A stretch of DNA of 64,000 nucleotides from positions 32,001 through 96,000 of IMG/VR virus record IMGVR_UViG_3300036987_000083; one strand, written 5' to 3'. How positions within the stretch are numbered: the first letter of the stretch is position 1; each line of letters begins with the position of its first letter. The notes below the pieces were generated by a model, which was not told the origin of the DNA, made no database searches, and saw only the letters and a program-made list of their open reading frames with translations. Source of the stretch: a virus. Shown here one piece after another: positions 61,804 to 64,000 of this stretch. Made by a program: the position numbers and the translations under genes.

Positions 61804-62111
61804 CAACCAGTATCCCACCGTGTATACGGGTTTGCGTGACCAGCAAGAGTTTCAAGCGCCAGCAGAAGTTTATTCGCACCAGTGAGGAGTGGTACCCCAC
61901 GGTAAGTGGGCAAGTCCGGGTAATTTTCCAGCGTTTAGAGAGTCGTAACGCTCGGCCGCTGTGGCGCGTCAGCGTGTGGGGTGGTGACGACTTTGGTATG
62001 GAGTTGGACCTTCCTGAGACCGAAAAAGTCCGTGCCCAACGAGTTTATAACTCCATCGTGGATTTCACTACGCAGGCGCAATTACAAGCAATGGGACTGG
62101 AGCGGGCATGA
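61800..62111 (+). CDS. conserved hypothetical protein (VWGGDDFGME)
   Basis: recalled motif; start uncertain. Confidence 0.65.
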   Translation: MTTSIPPCIRVCVTSKSFKRQQKFIRTSEEWYPTVSGQVRVIFQRLESRNARPLWRVSVWGGDDFGMELDLPETEKVRAQRVYNSIVDFTTQAQLQAMGLERA

Positions 62112-62509
62112 GCGAGTCACTTTGGGCCGTATGGGAGACTGAACACCCGGAGAATGGGGTAGTAGGTGTGCAGGCCGCGTCTGAAGCCGACGCTCTTCGG
62201 GCCTATGAGAGCGCGGGTTACAAAGACGGTACTGCGGCGCTAAGTGCGAGCACCTTGGTCGTGGCCGCGCCTGGTGGGGCTAAAGCGCAGAATTTTGAGG
62301 ACCCATCCACCGAGGAGTTGGCCAAAATTCTTAAGGCAGGGCACGGGGCGATTATTCGCGAAACCAGAACGTGGTGGTCTATCGCGGAACACGTCCTCGG
62401 CCTCATGCGAATTGCGCGCGCCCAGGCATTTCGTCACTGCGCGAAGGACCACAACATGCTTTTTAGTCTTTGGGTGGCCAAGGGCACTGAACCAAAGGTC
62501 GAGCCGTGA
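62108..62509 (+). CDS. hypothetical protein
   Basis: ATGA overlap. Confidence 0.65.
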   Translation: MSESLWAVWETEHPENGVVGVQAASEADALRAYESAGYKDGTAALSASTLVVAAPGGAKAQNFEDPSTEELAKILKAGHGAIIRETRTWWSIAEHVLGLMRIARAQAFRHCAKDHNMLFSLWVAKGTEPKVEP

Positions 62510-62626
62510 GTAGCGAAGACTACGACCCCGCTTGCCGCACGGCTCGGCAGCTTGGCTATCGAGTCAATGTCCCCTTTGTATTGGGAACGGTTACGCAGTG
62601 TTCGGCGTATATTGGAAAAGTCGACC

Positions 62627-62899
62627 ATGACCAAAAAAATTGAGGCTTGGGCCCTGTCCAATGCTTCAGGTGCTTTCGTGTCGGTAGTGCTCAATAAACC
62701 CCGGAGTGTTCGGGGCTACCGCCTTGTTCGACTTGTTGAAGCTGACCCTGCGGTAGGGGCTGTGCTTCGCGCCGCCATCAAAGAAGCCAAAGCCGAGCCG
62801 CTGTACTTTTCAGACGAAGACGGTTGCTCCCATAGGCGTAGGCCTTCGGCGTTGAAGCGGGCAGTCTCTAAGCTGCTAACCCAGAGGGAAAAGAAATGA
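62627..62899 (+). CDS. hypothetical protein
   Basis: ATGA overlap downstream. Confidence 0.6.
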   Translation: MTKKIEAWALSNASGAFVSVVLNKPRSVRGYRLVRLVEADPAVGAVLRAAIKEAKAEPLYFSDEDGCSHRRRPSALKRAVSKLLTQREKK

Positions 62900-63123
62900 G
62901 CGGAGAAGAGGAATCAAAGTCCCCGTCGTTTTTCCTGTGTGGACTTACGCCGGATCCACCGCCATCCACTCAATTCAGCGGGGATGGCGAGACATGCCCG
63001 AAGTGTAAGCAGAAGACTGTGCGTTGGGGCTACGGCCTTTTCGGAGGGGGCATGGGACCTTGGGAGGTTTGTGACTCCGGCGGTGTTTGCGACTGGTTCG
63101 CAAAAAAGCAGGACGCCTCATGA
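62896..63123 (+). CDS. small Zn-ribbon protein (CPKC...GYGL.GGG.G...C...C)
   Basis: motif; overlaps. Confidence 0.65.
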   Translation: MSGEEESKSPSFFLCGLTPDPPPSTQFSGDGETCPKCKQKTVRWGYGLFGGGMGPWEVCDSGGVCDWFAKKQDAS

Positions 63124-63806
63124 CTCCGACTACAATTCTAGATTCCTCGGGAAATCCAATGCAGGGCTCGACTCCTTTGCCCGCGCCTGCTGCTCGTGCC
63201 GGGATGACTGGTGAAGAAATCGGCCAGCGACTTAGGACCCAGGATAACCGAATCACTTCAGACCCAATTTTCATCGTGCAACAGCTCCACCGGCAGGTTG
63301 GGATGGATCCGAGCTATTGCAGTAGCACCCTCTGGTACAGTTCCGATGACCAAGAGGAGGCAAGCCCCGAGAAGACGCGCGCAATCAAGGAGGCTATGGC
63401 CAGCACCGAGCTGTCTTGGAGTGAAAAGGACGCAGTGGCCGAGGGCTACACGGAAGTCGGCTACGTCGACACGTGGGAGTACGTAACAGCGTGTTTCACT
63501 GACGCAGCGGCTCAGGAGTACATCGAGGCTAACGCCCATAACCTGAAGCAGCCCCGCGTGTACGTAGCCAGTGGCTACCGAAACCAGGAGTGGATTGCCG
63601 TCAGGAAGCTGTTAATGACGTTGCCAGAGCGGGACGCAGAAATCCGCAGCAAGACACTGACGGAGATGCTCCAATTCCTGGAGACACACACTCCAACTGA
63701 GAGTCCTTCCACTGCGGCTGTTCGACTGTGTTTCAAGGTGCTCCGAACAGAGCTGCTGAAGCTGATGGCCTGCAAGGATATGGACGAGTACCTCAGTAAG
63801 GAGTGA
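63120..63806 (+). CDS. Ead/Ea22-associated domain protein
   Basis: TQDNRITSDPIF.V...ACFT...YI..N.HNL..P..YV.S..RN.EW. Confidence 0.65.
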   Translation: MTPTTILDSSGNPMQGSTPLPAPAARAGMTGEEIGQRLRTQDNRITSDPIFIVQQLHRQVGMDPSYCSSTLWYSSDDQEEASPEKTRAIKEAMASTELSWSEKDAVAEGYTEVGYVDTWEYVTACFTDAAAQEYIEANAHNLKQPRVYVASGYRNQEWIAVRKLLMTLPERDAEIRSKTLTEMLQFLETHTPTESPSTAAVRLCFKVLRTELLKLMACKDMDEYLSKE

Positions 63807-63843
63807 GTGGGTTTTATTACTCTGGCCAAAAGGAACCAAGCGT

Positions 63844-64000
63844 ATGACTCCTCGTGGAGAGTGGTGGGTAGTATCCCAAGTGAAGGATCGCCTCTTCGTC
63901 GAATGCGAGGGCTTCCGATCCAAGAAGGCCGCAGTGCATTGGCGAGATGAGCACTACCCCGAGGGACTGCTACTGCAGGTTTCCTTGGGTGTTGTGAAGC
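63844..64000 (+). CDS. partial hypothetical protein running off the right edge
   Basis: AAAGGA SD; open to the edge. Confidence 0.55.
   Translation, partial: MTPRGEWWVVSQVKDRLFVECEGFRSKKAAVHWRDEHYPEGLLLQVSLGVVK

Noticed and set aside
59039-63923. Minus-strand ORFs in the right-hand block
   Set aside because: They overlap a continuous ATGA-coupled plus-strand operon and lack SDs or motifs.

Overview
Gene-dense, high-GC window that most likely comes from a large (jumbo-type) lytic phage. No capsid or terminase gene is in the window, so this is inferred from the many tiny coupled ORFs, tRNAs, free-standing GroES, homing endonuclease, P22 gp17-like and Ead-like genes, and virion-like genes on the right. 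The GroES and the Bd0055-type histone suggest a myxobacterial or related host (inference). Positions 1-53100 form a mostly minus-strand early/accessory region of more than 100 small genes with a repeated intergenic grammar: (i) over 50 sigma70-like promoters, TTGACA-N17/18-TAnnnn, often extended to CTTGACAACGGCAG, more than 30 with the ATG at the expected +1 (leaderless); (ii) 22 copies of a 16-bp palindrome GCGACCA-NN-TGGTCGC, 11 abutting a stop codon; (iii) 38 copies of an asymmetric GGAAAACTCCC box; (iv) intrinsic terminators and a shared CCCGCAG..AAAGGA leader. The region encodes a bacterial-type histone, five translationally coupled Ser/Arg/Trp-rich peptides behind a small partner gene, seven His/Cys paralogues, four U34 tRNAs including Ile(UAU), a C5-methyltransferase-like gene, a LAGLIDADG endonuclease, GroES, an FkbM methyltransferase, an ADP-ribosylglycohydrolase, a 2H phosphoesterase and two covarying H-type RNA pseudoknots. 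A non-coding junction with phased repeats at about 53100-53600 separates it from a plus-strand block of virion-like proteins and more small genes. Family names come from recalled motifs, not database searches. Repeat counts are manual and may be slightly low.
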